Below are positions 43,228-52,501 of a stretch of DNA of 64,000 nucleotides, piece by piece. Position numbers and translations under genes: made by a program. The notes under the pieces were generated by a model, which was not told where the DNA came from, made no database searches, and worked only from the letters and a program-made list of their open reading frames with translations. How positions within the stretch are numbered: the stretch's first letter is position 1; the number at the start of each line of letters is the position of its first letter. Origin of the DNA: Deltaproteobacteria bacterium (GTDB lineage: Bacteria > Bdellovibrionota > Bdellovibrionia > Bdellovibrionales > Bdellovibrionaceae); NCBI GenBank assembly GCA_013286585.1, contig JABDFK010000001.1, positions 30,977 to 94,976 of the forward strand, given 5' to 3'.

Positions 43228-44082
43228 CTATTTTAAACCAGCTTTTGCCTTAATTTCCAATTCCTTCTCTGTATTCTTCATACTTTCTGCTAGACCTATC
43301 AGCTTCAAATGGTCCAAAGTCTCGAGCCCATCTTTGTATTTCCCCTGAAAGTCGATCTGCAGAATAGCATAGTTAAACAATAATTCCCGGTTATTGGGCG
43401 AACTCTTTAAGGCCTCGCGATACAGACCTTCGGCTTGCTCGGTGTTTCCTTTCCAAGCACTGACGATGGCAAAGTTATTAAGGAATTTAATGTCCTTGTT
43501 TCTTGAGGGACTCAAGCTCAGAACATTGTAAGCCTTGGCGAACTCTCGATGTGCTAGGTAGATCGAACCCAGATTCACAGAGGCACTGGCATCCGACGGA
43601 TTGATTTCGATGGCCTTACGAAAATTGACGATGGCTTCATCTTCCTCTTTAGTGCTCAAGTAAGTCAGTCCGATGTTGGAATACAGCTCAGAACTTTTCG
43701 GCTGAATCGTGAGTGCCTTTCTAAAAAACAGCCGAGCGGCCAAAGGGCGGCCTTTTCGGTAGTGATAGAGTCCCATGGCATTCAAGGCTTTCACATCGTT
43801 CGGGTTTTGCATCAAACTAGCAGAGCCCGCATGAAAAATGCTGTCATCATTGCCAGAGCGGATAGCGTCTGCGAGCGCTGAAGCATTTCCCGCCTTAGCC
43901 GGCGTCGGAGCTGCGAAGGATTTGCTTTCAGCGGGTGCTGCGGTCTCGACTTCGGCCGAACCGCTGCCATCGTCGGTGGGCAAGTCCTTTTTTGGAGCAG
44001 AACTTGAACACGCCGTCAGCAGCATCGCCAGGATTAAAATTTTCGTCGCCAATGTTTGAGATTTCATCATTGCACCATCCAT
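43228..44082 (-). CDS. TPR-repeat lipoprotein (GltE/AglT-like)
   Basis: Lipobox 'AMLLTACSSS', then several TPR units ('ALNAMGLYHYRKGRPLAARLFFRKALTIQP', 'AIVNFRKAIEINP'). Confidence 0.7.
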   Translation of the reverse strand: MDGAMMKSQTLATKILILAMLLTACSSSAPKKDLPTDDGSGSAEVETAAPAESKSFAAPTPAKAGNASALADAIRSGNDDSIFHAGSASLMQNPNDVKALNAMGLYHYRKGRPLAARLFFRKALTIQPKSSELYSNIGLTYLSTKEEDEAIVNFRKAIEINPSDASASVNLGSIYLAHREFAKAYNVLSLSPSRNKDIKFLNNFAIVSAWKGNTEQAEGLYREALKSSPNNRELLFNYAILQIDFQGKYKDGLETLDHLKLIGLAESMKNTEKELEIKAKAGLK

Positions 44083-47000
44083 GAGCTGGAATGCATTTCC
44101 ATCGGAGCTTCTCCGTGATCCACCACCGAAGCCGGATCGATTTTTTTCATAGACTCACGAGCAGCATCCATCTCTTTACCATAGACTTCCAACTGCGAGC
44201 CCCGATCCAAAGATGCACGAAAGCTCTCTTTGGCTTTGGCAAAAAATGGGTCTGCCACCTTCTGCACGCCGTCTTTGTATTGCTTTAACTCTTCCGGCTT
44301 CAAGCCCGCTGGGATAGGCGCAGTCACAAAGGCTTCGCCCATATGTTCGTTAGAGCGTCCGATCAGATTCAGCGCGCCCACGATCTCTTCCGGAGAATCG
44401 TATTTGATGACCTCTGTCAGTCTTTGATTGAGATCATTCAAGCGTTCCAGTTTTTGCTGCACGGCTTTTTTCTGCTTGGAAGGATCTGCTGGGATTCGTA
44501 TGGCCTTCATTTCATAGAAAGCCATTGTGGATTCATCCAACAGCACTCTCGCCGCCCAGTGAGCACCAGGTCCTTTTTTGCTTGGACTTAACTTTCTTTG
44601 AGTGGACAGAACTCTGCGTTTCCAAATGTCGGTCTCACTGACTTTCTGTTGAGATTTGAAAAACTCATACATGCGGTAGGCTGATTCCACCGACTTTTCA
44701 TTATTGAGTCCGAAGTTGAAGTATTCTTTGTAGTGCTCTGCAGCCTCTTTGTGATTGCCGGCCCGGCGTTGAATCTCTGCCATGCTGAACACCACGTCGA
44801 CCCGGTCGGCTTTCTTATCTTTATCAAAATAAATTTGGAAATTTTGCATGGCCTCATGGTTGTGTCCCAAAGCCTCGTCCAAAATCGCCGCATTGTAGTA
44901 GAGATTGAGCGCCACTGGATCATTGCCCGCTTCGATGGCGGAATTTCTATAGGCTTTCGCAGCCTCTTCGATCATGCCGGCATCCTGATAAAGTTTGGCC
45001 AAAAGTCTTCGCGACTTGGGCTTGAGGGGCTCGGCCTCTTTGGTTCTAGAAGCAATCACAAGTCCGTGCTCATCAATGGCCTTAGCATTATTTCCCGCGC
45101 GCTCATAGTTGATCGCTGCATTGAAAGTGGCCGCGGTCGCCAATGTCGAAGTCGGATTTTGCTTAGCAAACTCTTCATACTGAGTGGCCGAACCCTGGTA
45201 GTCCTTGTTGACCTCAAGATCCTGCGCTTTTTTAAACTTCGCTTTTTCTAGTACGCTTCGAACTTCGGCGCCCTCTTTGGAATTGGCGATGGACGGCACT
45301 GACAATAGTTCTTGGCCCGTTTTTTCCAAGCCAGCGTAATCTTTTTTCAGATTGAAGATGTCCAGAAGCAAATTGGCCGAGTACTCGGCGTATTTAGTGT
45401 TCGGATAAGTTTGCACGATGTCTTTGAAGTAGGGAATAGCCCGATCAAATTGGTTGTGCTGATAGTACAGACGGCCGACCCGAAATTTGATCTCTGCGGT
45501 TTTCGCCGCCTTGGGAAATTTTCCCAAATACCATTGGGCCACCTGAACAAATTGACTGACCTTGGAACTAAATTCGACAGGATCCAAAGACTTGCCCACG
45601 GCTGCGGCGATCTCTTCATCCTTAGGAATGTTTTTCTCTAACGCCAGCACTATGTTCTCTGCAGCTTTACCGGCATATTTAGAGTTGGGTGCGTTGTCGA
45701 CGACCCAGCGGTATTGAATACCGGCCTCGTCGTATCTTTCCATGTCATACAAAAGTTCCGCGAAGAAGAAATGCAAGTCCGGTGTCGCGGCGCTGTTAGG
45801 AAACTCTTGCAGAAAAACCTTGTAACCCTCGTAAGCCAAACCTTGGCTGAATTTCGCGTGGGAATTCTGCGCTGTTTGATGCTGGGTCAAAACCCAGTTT
45901 TTCAAAGTGGTCTCTCGCAGCCGTGAAGAGCTTTCTATCAGTTCATTGTTGCCTTTGTTAGCCTGATACCAACGGCCCGAAGGTCCGAAGTCTTTCACCC
46001 ACGAATACAGCTCTTCGCGAAACTCTCGCGTTTTGGTCGCGGTAGAGAAAGCTAGGATGACTTGATATTTGTAATCGAAGGCTTTGGGGTTCAGCGGATC
46101 TTGCAAAATCATATAGTTGAAAAGTACGCGGGAACCTTCGCGGTTGCCTTTGTCCACATAGAGATAAGCTAACTTTTCTATGAATCCCTGAGCATCCTTG
46201 CCCGTCAGCCGAGTGAAATATTCTGGAGCTTTCTCTGGACTGCCTTGATCCGCGTAGAAGAGCACAATGTCCCGGAGTCCCTCTTTTTCCAGTCGCTGCT
46301 TAGACACCTTTTTGCCTTCAGCTGCGGCCTGCGCGTCCTCACGATTTTCGCGAATCAAGCGCTCCATGGCGTGCAGGGCATCCGCGGTTCTTCCGGTTCG
46401 GAAAAGGCACCAAGCTTCTTTATAGAGCGAAAATCCATACAGGCGATGGTGCTTGTGTTTGACCACTTCGGCGTAATGCTCTCCCGCCAATTTCCATTTT
46501 TCTTCTTCAAAATAAAATTCTGCCAAAGCGAAGTGCGATTCGGTGACAAAGGCGCTGTTGGGATGTTCGTGGGTTAAGCGTGTATAGTAGACTAGTCCCT
46601 TTTTGATCTCTTTAAGTTCAAAATAGTTATAGCCCAAGAAGAAGAGCGCCTGATCCATCTTTTCATCTTTAGGGAAATCTCGGATAAACCATTCATAGAG
46701 TTGAATGGCCTTCTTATTGTAATCATGGGCGTCGCTAATATCTAATTGCGGCCGCATCTTGCTGCGACCAGATTGGAAATCTTTGAGCTTAGTATCATAG
46801 TCGGTCTGCTTACGAAAATCGATGATGCCAGCTTTCTCTACGTAAAGTTCTGCCAACCTCAGCCAGAGCTCGCCACGGCGTGGGGAATTTTTAAATCTTT
46901 CAGTCAGCTTATAGAGCTCTTGAATTTGCTGATCGGTGATCTTCTCAAGTTTGGCTTTGTCATCATTGCCAGAGTCTTCCATAAAACTAGAAGTTCGTGG

Positions 47001-47357
47001 TGGCTTGACCTGCGACAAATCAAAATTGGATGGACGTGACGGAGTCTGCGCCTGCTGACTGATGGATGGCAGCGAGGTCTGCTTCTTCTGCCCCACTCCA
47101 AGAACCGAGCTATGATCGTGCTGTTTCAGAAGCTCACCAACGGTTTTTTTGGAAGTGGGCTTGGCGCTGGTTTTTACCGCCGGTTTGGTGGATTTTTTCG
47201 TGGATTTCTTTTTGGTCTTAGTCGCCGACGAACTGGAGTCAGAATCGTCATCCGCGGTGTATTTTGCCAAGGAGACACTCGACAACACAACCGAGGCAGT
47301 TATCAGGGCACAAGACAGCAATAGTGGGGTCCGTTTCATAGTCATTCTCACTCGCAA
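44067..47357 (-). CDS. Large TPR-repeat periplasmic protein (GltD/AgmU-like), 1096 aa
   Basis: Signal peptide, a Ser/Lys-rich linker, then TPR-like repeats throughout. Overlaps both neighbours. Confidence 0.7.
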   Translation of the reverse strand: MRVRMTMKRTPLLLSCALITASVVLSSVSLAKYTADDDSDSSSSATKTKKKSTKKSTKPAVKTSAKPTSKKTVGELLKQHDHSSVLGVGQKKQTSLPSISQQAQTPSRPSNFDLSQVKPPRTSSFMEDSGNDDKAKLEKITDQQIQELYKLTERFKNSPRRGELWLRLAELYVEKAGIIDFRKQTDYDTKLKDFQSGRSKMRPQLDISDAHDYNKKAIQLYEWFIRDFPKDEKMDQALFFLGYNYFELKEIKKGLVYYTRLTHEHPNSAFVTESHFALAEFYFEEEKWKLAGEHYAEVVKHKHHRLYGFSLYKEAWCLFRTGRTADALHAMERLIRENREDAQAAAEGKKVSKQRLEKEGLRDIVLFYADQGSPEKAPEYFTRLTGKDAQGFIEKLAYLYVDKGNREGSRVLFNYMILQDPLNPKAFDYKYQVILAFSTATKTREFREELYSWVKDFGPSGRWYQANKGNNELIESSSRLRETTLKNWVLTQHQTAQNSHAKFSQGLAYEGYKVFLQEFPNSAATPDLHFFFAELLYDMERYDEAGIQYRWVVDNAPNSKYAGKAAENIVLALEKNIPKDEEIAAAVGKSLDPVEFSSKVSQFVQVAQWYLGKFPKAAKTAEIKFRVGRLYYQHNQFDRAIPYFKDIVQTYPNTKYAEYSANLLLDIFNLKKDYAGLEKTGQELLSVPSIANSKEGAEVRSVLEKAKFKKAQDLEVNKDYQGSATQYEEFAKQNPTSTLATAATFNAAINYERAGNNAKAIDEHGLVIASRTKEAEPLKPKSRRLLAKLYQDAGMIEEAAKAYRNSAIEAGNDPVALNLYYNAAILDEALGHNHEAMQNFQIYFDKDKKADRVDVVFSMAEIQRRAGNHKEAAEHYKEYFNFGLNNEKSVESAYRMYEFFKSQQKVSETDIWKRRVLSTQRKLSPSKKGPGAHWAARVLLDESTMAFYEMKAIRIPADPSKQKKAVQQKLERLNDLNQRLTEVIKYDSPEEIVGALNLIGRSNEHMGEAFVTAPIPAGLKPEELKQYKDGVQKVADPFFAKAKESFRASLDRGSQLEVYGKEMDAARESMKKIDPASVVDHGEAPMEMHSSSWMVQ

Positions 47358-49078
47358 CTTTGGTTTCCAAGATAGTGATAATTTCCAATTTCATCCAACC
47401 AGTATTCGCCGTCAAACGGCCAATACTCATAACCATTTTGTGCATACACACTGCGATCGATATTATCGTTCAGCATCACCTTCGGAGCATCTTTTCCAGC
47501 GATGCGTTTTTTCAAGACTTCTTTTTCACCATTGATCATCTCATAGCGAATGAAGCTGGCTTGCTCGTATTGATCCTTGAGCTCGGCCCGCATCTCCAGA
47601 AGATGCGCTTTGGTCATCTCACCAATGAAGATCTTAGCGTTCTTATAGCGATTGCCCAGAATTTTTCGACCAACAGCTCCCATCGGCGAACGAGAGATGT
47701 TGGGCATAGAATCCAGTTTATTTTTTTCATCATTTAAAATTTTCAGATAGGCGAAGGCCCGTTTGACGTCACCCTCATGCAAAATCTGATTGTCCACTTT
47801 CAGTGGCAATTTCGTTCGACCAGGGCGACCCAAGCGAATATTATTCGCTTGATCCACTTCATTATAGAAAGCCACTGGATCCGAGTTATTGGACATAAAG
47901 CCACTCATCTGGGCCCGAATAGGCCCATAAGTTTTTTCAAACAGATCCAAAACTTTAGCCATCTCATCATATTTACATACATATAGATAGACGATGGATC
48001 TTAGCAGCAAGGACTCTGGCAAAAAGAAGTCTTCGTAATAGGCCGAATGCAAAGACTGAAAGTTACTGAGCGCACTACGAAATCGCGCCGCTCTGACCAG
48101 GGCCCAAGAAGATTCAAACAAGGCCTCATGCCAGAGCGGATGATCCCGCGGAATCTCCCGATAAGTGGCAATAGAATTTTCCCAGTCCGTGGCCTGATAA
48201 TAAGCCCGCGCCAAACCCAACTGGGCCACGACACGATTTGTATCGGTGACGTAAGCATTCGCCCGATATCCGACCAAAGCTTTGTAAGTAGAAATAGCCT
48301 CTTGAGGCTTCCCCTCTTCCAAAAGCGCCAAACCCTTGTTCACCCTAGAGAGGAAAAAGTAACGACTGCCTTCAGGCACCCGGCCAAATAAATCCAAAGC
48401 CTGAGACAACTGCCCAGCCTTCAGCTTGACCTCACCCAGGCGAAAATAAATCAAATCCTTACTAGCGGCAGGAATGTCCTCAATTTTTATGCGAGAAACC
48501 GCATAATTCAAAAGAGTATCATCACCCAACTGATCCGCAGCCAAAGACAATTTCTCAATGGCCTGACGAACATAGTGACTATTCCCATTCTTAATCACCT
48601 CAACAAACTGAAAAGCAGCAATCTGATTCAGCCCCAGATCCATCAAAGCCGATCCCAAAATATATTTGATCTGCATTTTCTCGCGCTCAAATTCCGACCG
48701 ACGAGAAAGCGAATAAAGAAGCGGAACAGCAGCCTGATACTGCCCACTCTGAACCATCTTCAAAGCCGAAGCCAACTGCGAAGCCGCCGCCGGCGAAAGC
48801 GAAGCGGCCGAAGGCACGCTCACCGGAGCCTGAGGAGCCACCTTAGTTTTCTTAGTAGTCTTATACTGGCCTTCCCCAAAAGAAGAACCGCAAATCAAAC
48901 CAAGAACTACAATTAATCCCAAAGAACGCCGCCCAAAGCAAAAAACGCGAAACAAAAGGCCCGCAGCCGAGGCGAGAGGAAGCGAACGCGGAGGCCTACT
49001 ACTGTAGGCCGCACAAGTGAGCGACCGAACAACGAAGGATCCGGGCATTTTGTTTTGTGTTTTTACTACGTTTATCAT
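47348..49078 (-). CDS. TPR-repeat protein (GltC-like), 576 aa
   Basis: ATGA overlap with the upstream beta-barrel gene. Hydrophobic segment 'LGLIVVLGLICGSS', then TPR-like repeats. The start is uncertain because the N-terminal region is Arg-rich. Confidence 0.6.
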   Translation of the reverse strand: MINVVKTQNKMPGSFVVRSLTCAAYSSRPPRSLPLASAAGLLFRVFCFGRRSLGLIVVLGLICGSSFGEGQYKTTKKTKVAPQAPVSVPSAASLSPAAASQLASALKMVQSGQYQAAVPLLYSLSRRSEFEREKMQIKYILGSALMDLGLNQIAAFQFVEVIKNGNSHYVRQAIEKLSLAADQLGDDTLLNYAVSRIKIEDIPAASKDLIYFRLGEVKLKAGQLSQALDLFGRVPEGSRYFFLSRVNKGLALLEEGKPQEAISTYKALVGYRANAYVTDTNRVVAQLGLARAYYQATDWENSIATYREIPRDHPLWHEALFESSWALVRAARFRSALSNFQSLHSAYYEDFFLPESLLLRSIVYLYVCKYDEMAKVLDLFEKTYGPIRAQMSGFMSNNSDPVAFYNEVDQANNIRLGRPGRTKLPLKVDNQILHEGDVKRAFAYLKILNDEKNKLDSMPNISRSPMGAVGRKILGNRYKNAKIFIGEMTKAHLLEMRAELKDQYEQASFIRYEMINGEKEVLKKRIAGKDAPKVMLNDNIDRSVYAQNGYEYWPFDGEYWLDEIGNYHYLGNQSCE

Positions 49079-49929
49079 CGGTATGAGGCCTCCGGAAAGT
49101 ACCAGTTTGCTCCTAGAGTCAGTAGAATATTATTCGTAGCACCAGTAGGTATCGTGTACGTATTCAAATTCAGATCCCAACGAAATCCCACCGAGCGGGT
49201 GATCGCATAAATCTGCCCAGTGGCCAAAGAAAGCCCAGAGGCCGTGCTCGGCACACCGAGAGTACTTCCCGATTGCGGCACAGAACTCAAACTGGTTTGC
49301 CCACCGCCCACGGAAAAATACATATCAAAAGGAACAATTTTTTTCGTCCCAAAACTCATCTTTCCATAAATCGGAGTCCAGGTCAGATAGCCGCCAGTGA
49401 AACCGGTGACATAACCCAAGCTTTGAGCATTGACATTGTTCTGCGAAAGCAAACCCTGGGCCGCCTGTGTAGGACTGGCACTTAAGGCATAGTAGGCCAC
49501 TTCAAGTCCCCAGGCTTCGGTGAAACTGTAGCCGGCTCTCACATTCAATCCCGCCGTGTTATTCCACGGATCATTAACCATGTCAGAGAGTCCGGCAAAA
49601 AGTTGGATGCGTCCTGATTTAGGCATGTATCGTCGCTGCAATACCGTCACTTCACTGAACGGCTGCAACTTGGACAGATCAGAGAGCGTATCAATTTTAA
49701 CTTCTGGTGGAACGTCCTTTTCGGCCGCACTCACATCTTTGCTAGAGTTCGCCGGATTCGAAGGAGCCACTGGTATAGGCACTGGTTTCGTTTCATTTTT
49801 TTTGATCTCGGCTTCGATTTGATCCAGATCGCGGTCATCGCTAGCATCACTGGACTGCGCCAACGCCCACTTGGCATTGAAAATAAAACCTGAAATAACA
49901 AGGAACCAAAGAAGTATATATCGCTGCAT
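49075..49929 (-). CDS. Outer-membrane beta-barrel protein (GltA/GltB-like)
   Basis: Signal peptide 'LLWFLVISGFIFNAKWALAQ', alternating-hydrophobicity strands rich in aromatic residues, and 'LTLGANWYF' near the C-terminus. Confidence 0.65.
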   Translation of the reverse strand: MQRYILLWFLVISGFIFNAKWALAQSSDASDDRDLDQIEAEIKKNETKPVPIPVAPSNPANSSKDVSAAEKDVPPEVKIDTLSDLSKLQPFSEVTVLQRRYMPKSGRIQLFAGLSDMVNDPWNNTAGLNVRAGYSFTEAWGLEVAYYALSASPTQAAQGLLSQNNVNAQSLGYVTGFTGGYLTWTPIYGKMSFGTKKIVPFDMYFSVGGGQTSLSSVPQSGSTLGVPSTASGLSLATGQIYAITRSVGFRWDLNLNTYTIPTGATNNILLTLGANWYFPEASYR

Positions 49930-50057
49930 GCTTTTCCTCGCAGCCTATAGACTATCGAAGGAACCGCCCTAGTTGTAGCAATGCACAACAAACTAGACCT
50001 TTACCCACACATAGAAATTATTTTTGAATTATGTTACTGCGGCCAATCGCAGAGTTT

Positions 50058-50780
50058 CTAAAATAAGGCGATCACACCAATATCAAAGATGCTGCCAATG
50101 GCATAAGTGTCTTGAAAAGAATTCTGAGAGGGAACGGCAGTGCCAGTCTTCAAAGCATTATTTCCCAAAAACGGAGACGGCTGTCCCGAGTACTGAAGTT
50201 TGAAGTCCGCGCGCAACGCCCAGCGAGACGAGAAATAAAACTTGGTGCCGATACCAGCAGTCACGCCAGGGTAGGACTTGTTCGTGTATGTGGTCATGCC
50301 GGCTCCAAAGATGGGGTACATGCTCATATTCGTGACCACTTGTTTGGTGAAACTAATTTTCCCGTAAAAAACATCCCACTCATAATTCAACCATGCGGAC
50401 GACTGAAGTTGCGGGGCCCGGGTGAAATCAAGCTGGTAGAGTTGCTGTAAAGTTGAAGTGTACAACGTATTTAGGCCCGCCTGCCACAAAGCATAGTTTA
50501 GAAATAGCGCGCTTGTTTCGTTCCAGTGATAGCCCAGATTAAAGCCCAGTTTGCTTTGATTCTCGATGGCCTCGGCAAAATTCCAGCCGTAGTAAACACC
50601 CAACTCAATCTTACGATCTAAAATCACATTGCGAGATTTCACCGTGGTGGAATTATCAAATCTTGGAACCACGGTTTCTTTGGCTAATTCTTCTTCTGGC
50701 AGTTCCACTTGCGCCCGAACCACCACACTAGTGAAAATCAACGCACTAAAAATCGCCCATAGACTTTGTCTAAAACTCAT
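50058..50780 (-). CDS. Outer-membrane beta-barrel protein (GltA/GltB-like)
   Basis: Signal peptide 'IFSALIFTSVVVRAQ', beta-strand periodicity, terminal 'DIGVIALF' (C-terminal Phe). Start overlaps the kdsC stop (ATGA). Confidence 0.65.
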   Translation of the reverse strand: MSFRQSLWAIFSALIFTSVVVRAQVELPEEELAKETVVPRFDNSTTVKSRNVILDRKIELGVYYGWNFAEAIENQSKLGFNLGYHWNETSALFLNYALWQAGLNTLYTSTLQQLYQLDFTRAPQLQSSAWLNYEWDVFYGKISFTKQVVTNMSMYPIFGAGMTTYTNKSYPGVTAGIGTKFYFSSRWALRADFKLQYSGQPSPFLGNNALKTGTAVPSQNSFQDTYAIGSIFDIGVIALF

Positions 50781-51295
50781 AGATGTTGCTCCGTCTTTGC
50801 TGAAAAGGCTCCGTACTTGATGATCATTTCACAAACTTCTCGAACCGCCCCATTGCCACCCGCTCTTTGAGTCGTGTATTGCACCGCTGGAAAAACTTCT
50901 TCCATGGCCTCGGGAACAGTGGCTGCGAATCCCGCTTCTTTCAAAACTGGAATATCGAAGACATCATCGCCCATGTAGGCCACTTCCTCGGCCTTCAAGC
51001 CAGAAGCGCGAAGTAGCTCGGTGAACTCGGTGATCTTGTCAAAATTTCCGTGATGAAAGTGATCGATCTTCAAAGTTTTTGCACGCTCTTTGATGTCCTG
51101 GGCTTTCGAAGCCGTGATGATGGCCGTTTTGTATCCCATCTCTTGTAAGCGAATAATGCCATAACCATCACGAATGGAAAAAAACCGACGCCACTCTCCG
51201 GAAGAGTCCATGAAAATACGACAATCGGTAAGAATGCCATCCACATCCAGCGCTAACATTTTGATTTTCCTCAAACGCGAGATCGTCGCCTGCAT
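50777..51295 (-). CDS. kdsC: 3-deoxy-D-manno-octulosonate 8-phosphate phosphatase (HAD IIIA, KdsC)
   Basis: 'KMLALDVDGILTD', 'SIRDGYGIIRL', 'TAIITASK', 'VAYMGDDVFDIPVLKEAGFAATVPEA'. Confidence 0.85.
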   Translation of the reverse strand: MQATISRLRKIKMLALDVDGILTDCRIFMDSSGEWRRFFSIRDGYGIIRLQEMGYKTAIITASKAQDIKERAKTLKIDHFHHGNFDKITEFTELLRASGLKAEEVAYMGDDVFDIPVLKEAGFAATVPEAMEEVFPAVQYTTQRAGGNGAVREVCEMIIKYGAFSAKTEQHL

Positions 51296-51364
51296 GCTTC
51301 TATTGTTGAGAGGATTAGGGGCTACGCCAACTTGATTCCTGAAAAACCAGTCTTTTAGCTAGCA

Positions 51365-51524
51365 CGTGGGTCCAATCGGGGGATGGGTAGATGTTCCGAG
51401 ACAGGGGCCCACCCCTCCGTGGGTTCACGCGGAATTTTTTAAATGAGTACATTTAAAAAAACGCGTCACGCTTTCCGGAGCCCCTGCCTCGGAACATCTA
51501 CCCATCCCCCGATTGGACACAGTT
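51365..51524 (-). repeat. Structured repeat element, copy 3
   Basis: 31-bp perfect outer stem ('GTCCAATCGGGGGATGGGTAGATGTTCCGAG'/'CTCGGAACATCTACCCATCCCCCGATTGGAC'). Same core 'GGGGCCCACCCCTCCGTGGGTTCAC', hairpin 'TTTTTTAAATG-AGTA-CATTTAAAAAA', then 'ACGCGTCACGCTTTCCGGAGCCCC'. Confidence 0.8.
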
Positions 51525-51564
51525 CTGTTTTAAAAAACTGGATTTATCTGGAACAAATTTATTT

Positions 51565-52386
51565 TCAAAATTTTGGTTCTGCGACTTGGAACCAGTCGAG
51601 ATCTAGACAGTAGAGTGTTTCGGATGGTGACGGATCTACCACTTTGTTTACTTGTTGGATGAACTGAATGATCTTTTCTCGAATCACGTCGACGTCTTTT
51701 TTGGACAGTGTCATTGGTGATGTGTAGTGCAAATTGTCCGGGCTCCAAGTGTCTAGTGACTGAATGGCTTTTTGCCTCCAGTTCATATGGTGGATCCTCA
51801 CCCAGGGGGAAGTGGACTCCACATGTGTGCTTGCTGGACCTACCACGAGAGTCTCGTTCGCTAATTTACAAAGTCCTGTCTTAAGAAGAAAGTCGAGCAC
51901 TTCTTGCGCTCGTTTTCTAGGAAGACCAAGATATTCACTGATCGAATTTAGTTCGCCAATGCCTGGCAATGCGACGGACTGGCGAACTGCTGAGTATGTC
52001 CAGTCCGAATAAAAGATCGCCTTCTGATCATCTGTCAATTTGGCGTTTGCAGTGATTCTTTTGGAAATACTTTGGGCCTGTGCTTTGAGTCTTGAAAGTT
52101 GCTTCAGATGAAGTTTGCGGATGGCTGAATTCCCTGAACGATCTAGCTGAACAAGAAGCACGAAGTATTCAGTCTCAAGATCATTGAGACCAAAAAAGTC
52201 TGCAACGAGCGCCGCCTGATCGACAGTGAGTTCTTTATGTTCTTTCAAAATTTGGCTCACCAAGGTCGAGTGGACACCAAGAAATTTGGCCAATTTGCTC
52301 ATTTGACCGTAGCCATTATTAGGCATTTCTTGAAGCCTCTTCTGCATAAATTTCCGATAGTTATCAAATTCAAAAACCGATACCAT
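51565..52386 (-). CDS. HTH-containing protein resembling the TIGR02147/DUF4423 family
   Basis: Preferred start MVSVFEF (52386); ORF extends to 52473. 'YRKFMQKRLQEMPNNGYGQMSKLAKFLGVHSTLVSQILKEHKELTVDQAALVADFFGL' matches the family's N-terminal HTH architecture as I recall it. Confidence 0.55.
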   Translation of the reverse strand: MVSVFEFDNYRKFMQKRLQEMPNNGYGQMSKLAKFLGVHSTLVSQILKEHKELTVDQAALVADFFGLNDLETEYFVLLVQLDRSGNSAIRKLHLKQLSRLKAQAQSISKRITANAKLTDDQKAIFYSDWTYSAVRQSVALPGIGELNSISEYLGLPRKRAQEVLDFLLKTGLCKLANETLVVGPASTHVESTSPWVRIHHMNWRQKAIQSLDTWSPDNLHYTSPMTLSKKDVDVIREKIIQFIQQVNKVVDPSPSETLYCLDLDWFQVAEPKF

Positions 52387-52401
52387 ATACTTTAAGTATA
52401 T
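52385..52401. promoter_or_regulatory. 17-bp perfect palindrome overlapping the start codon of the HTH gene (candidate operator)
   Basis: 'ATATACTT-T-AAGTATAT', in the divergent region between 51565..52386 (-) and 52502..53578 (+). A nearby direct repeat reads 'TTGCAG-ATA-TTGCAG'. Confidence 0.4.
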
Positions 52402-52501
52402 ATTAGTTAAGACTTTATACAACAAACATGTAGAGAAACTTCTCGTACTTGCAGATATTGCAGGTGTCAGCAAAACACAAAAAAGCTATAAAGGGGATTA
52501 T

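Noticed and set aside
48921-49078. Arg-rich N-terminus of the 576-aa TPR protein, with an internal 7-bp hairpin (GGCCTAC/GTAGGCC). Considered as a mis-called start or hidden intergenic element.
   Set aside because: There is no in-frame alternative start before the hydrophobic segment except a TTG that lacks an n-region. The ATGA overlap with the upstream gene supports the long form. Left as an uncertain start, not a separate feature.
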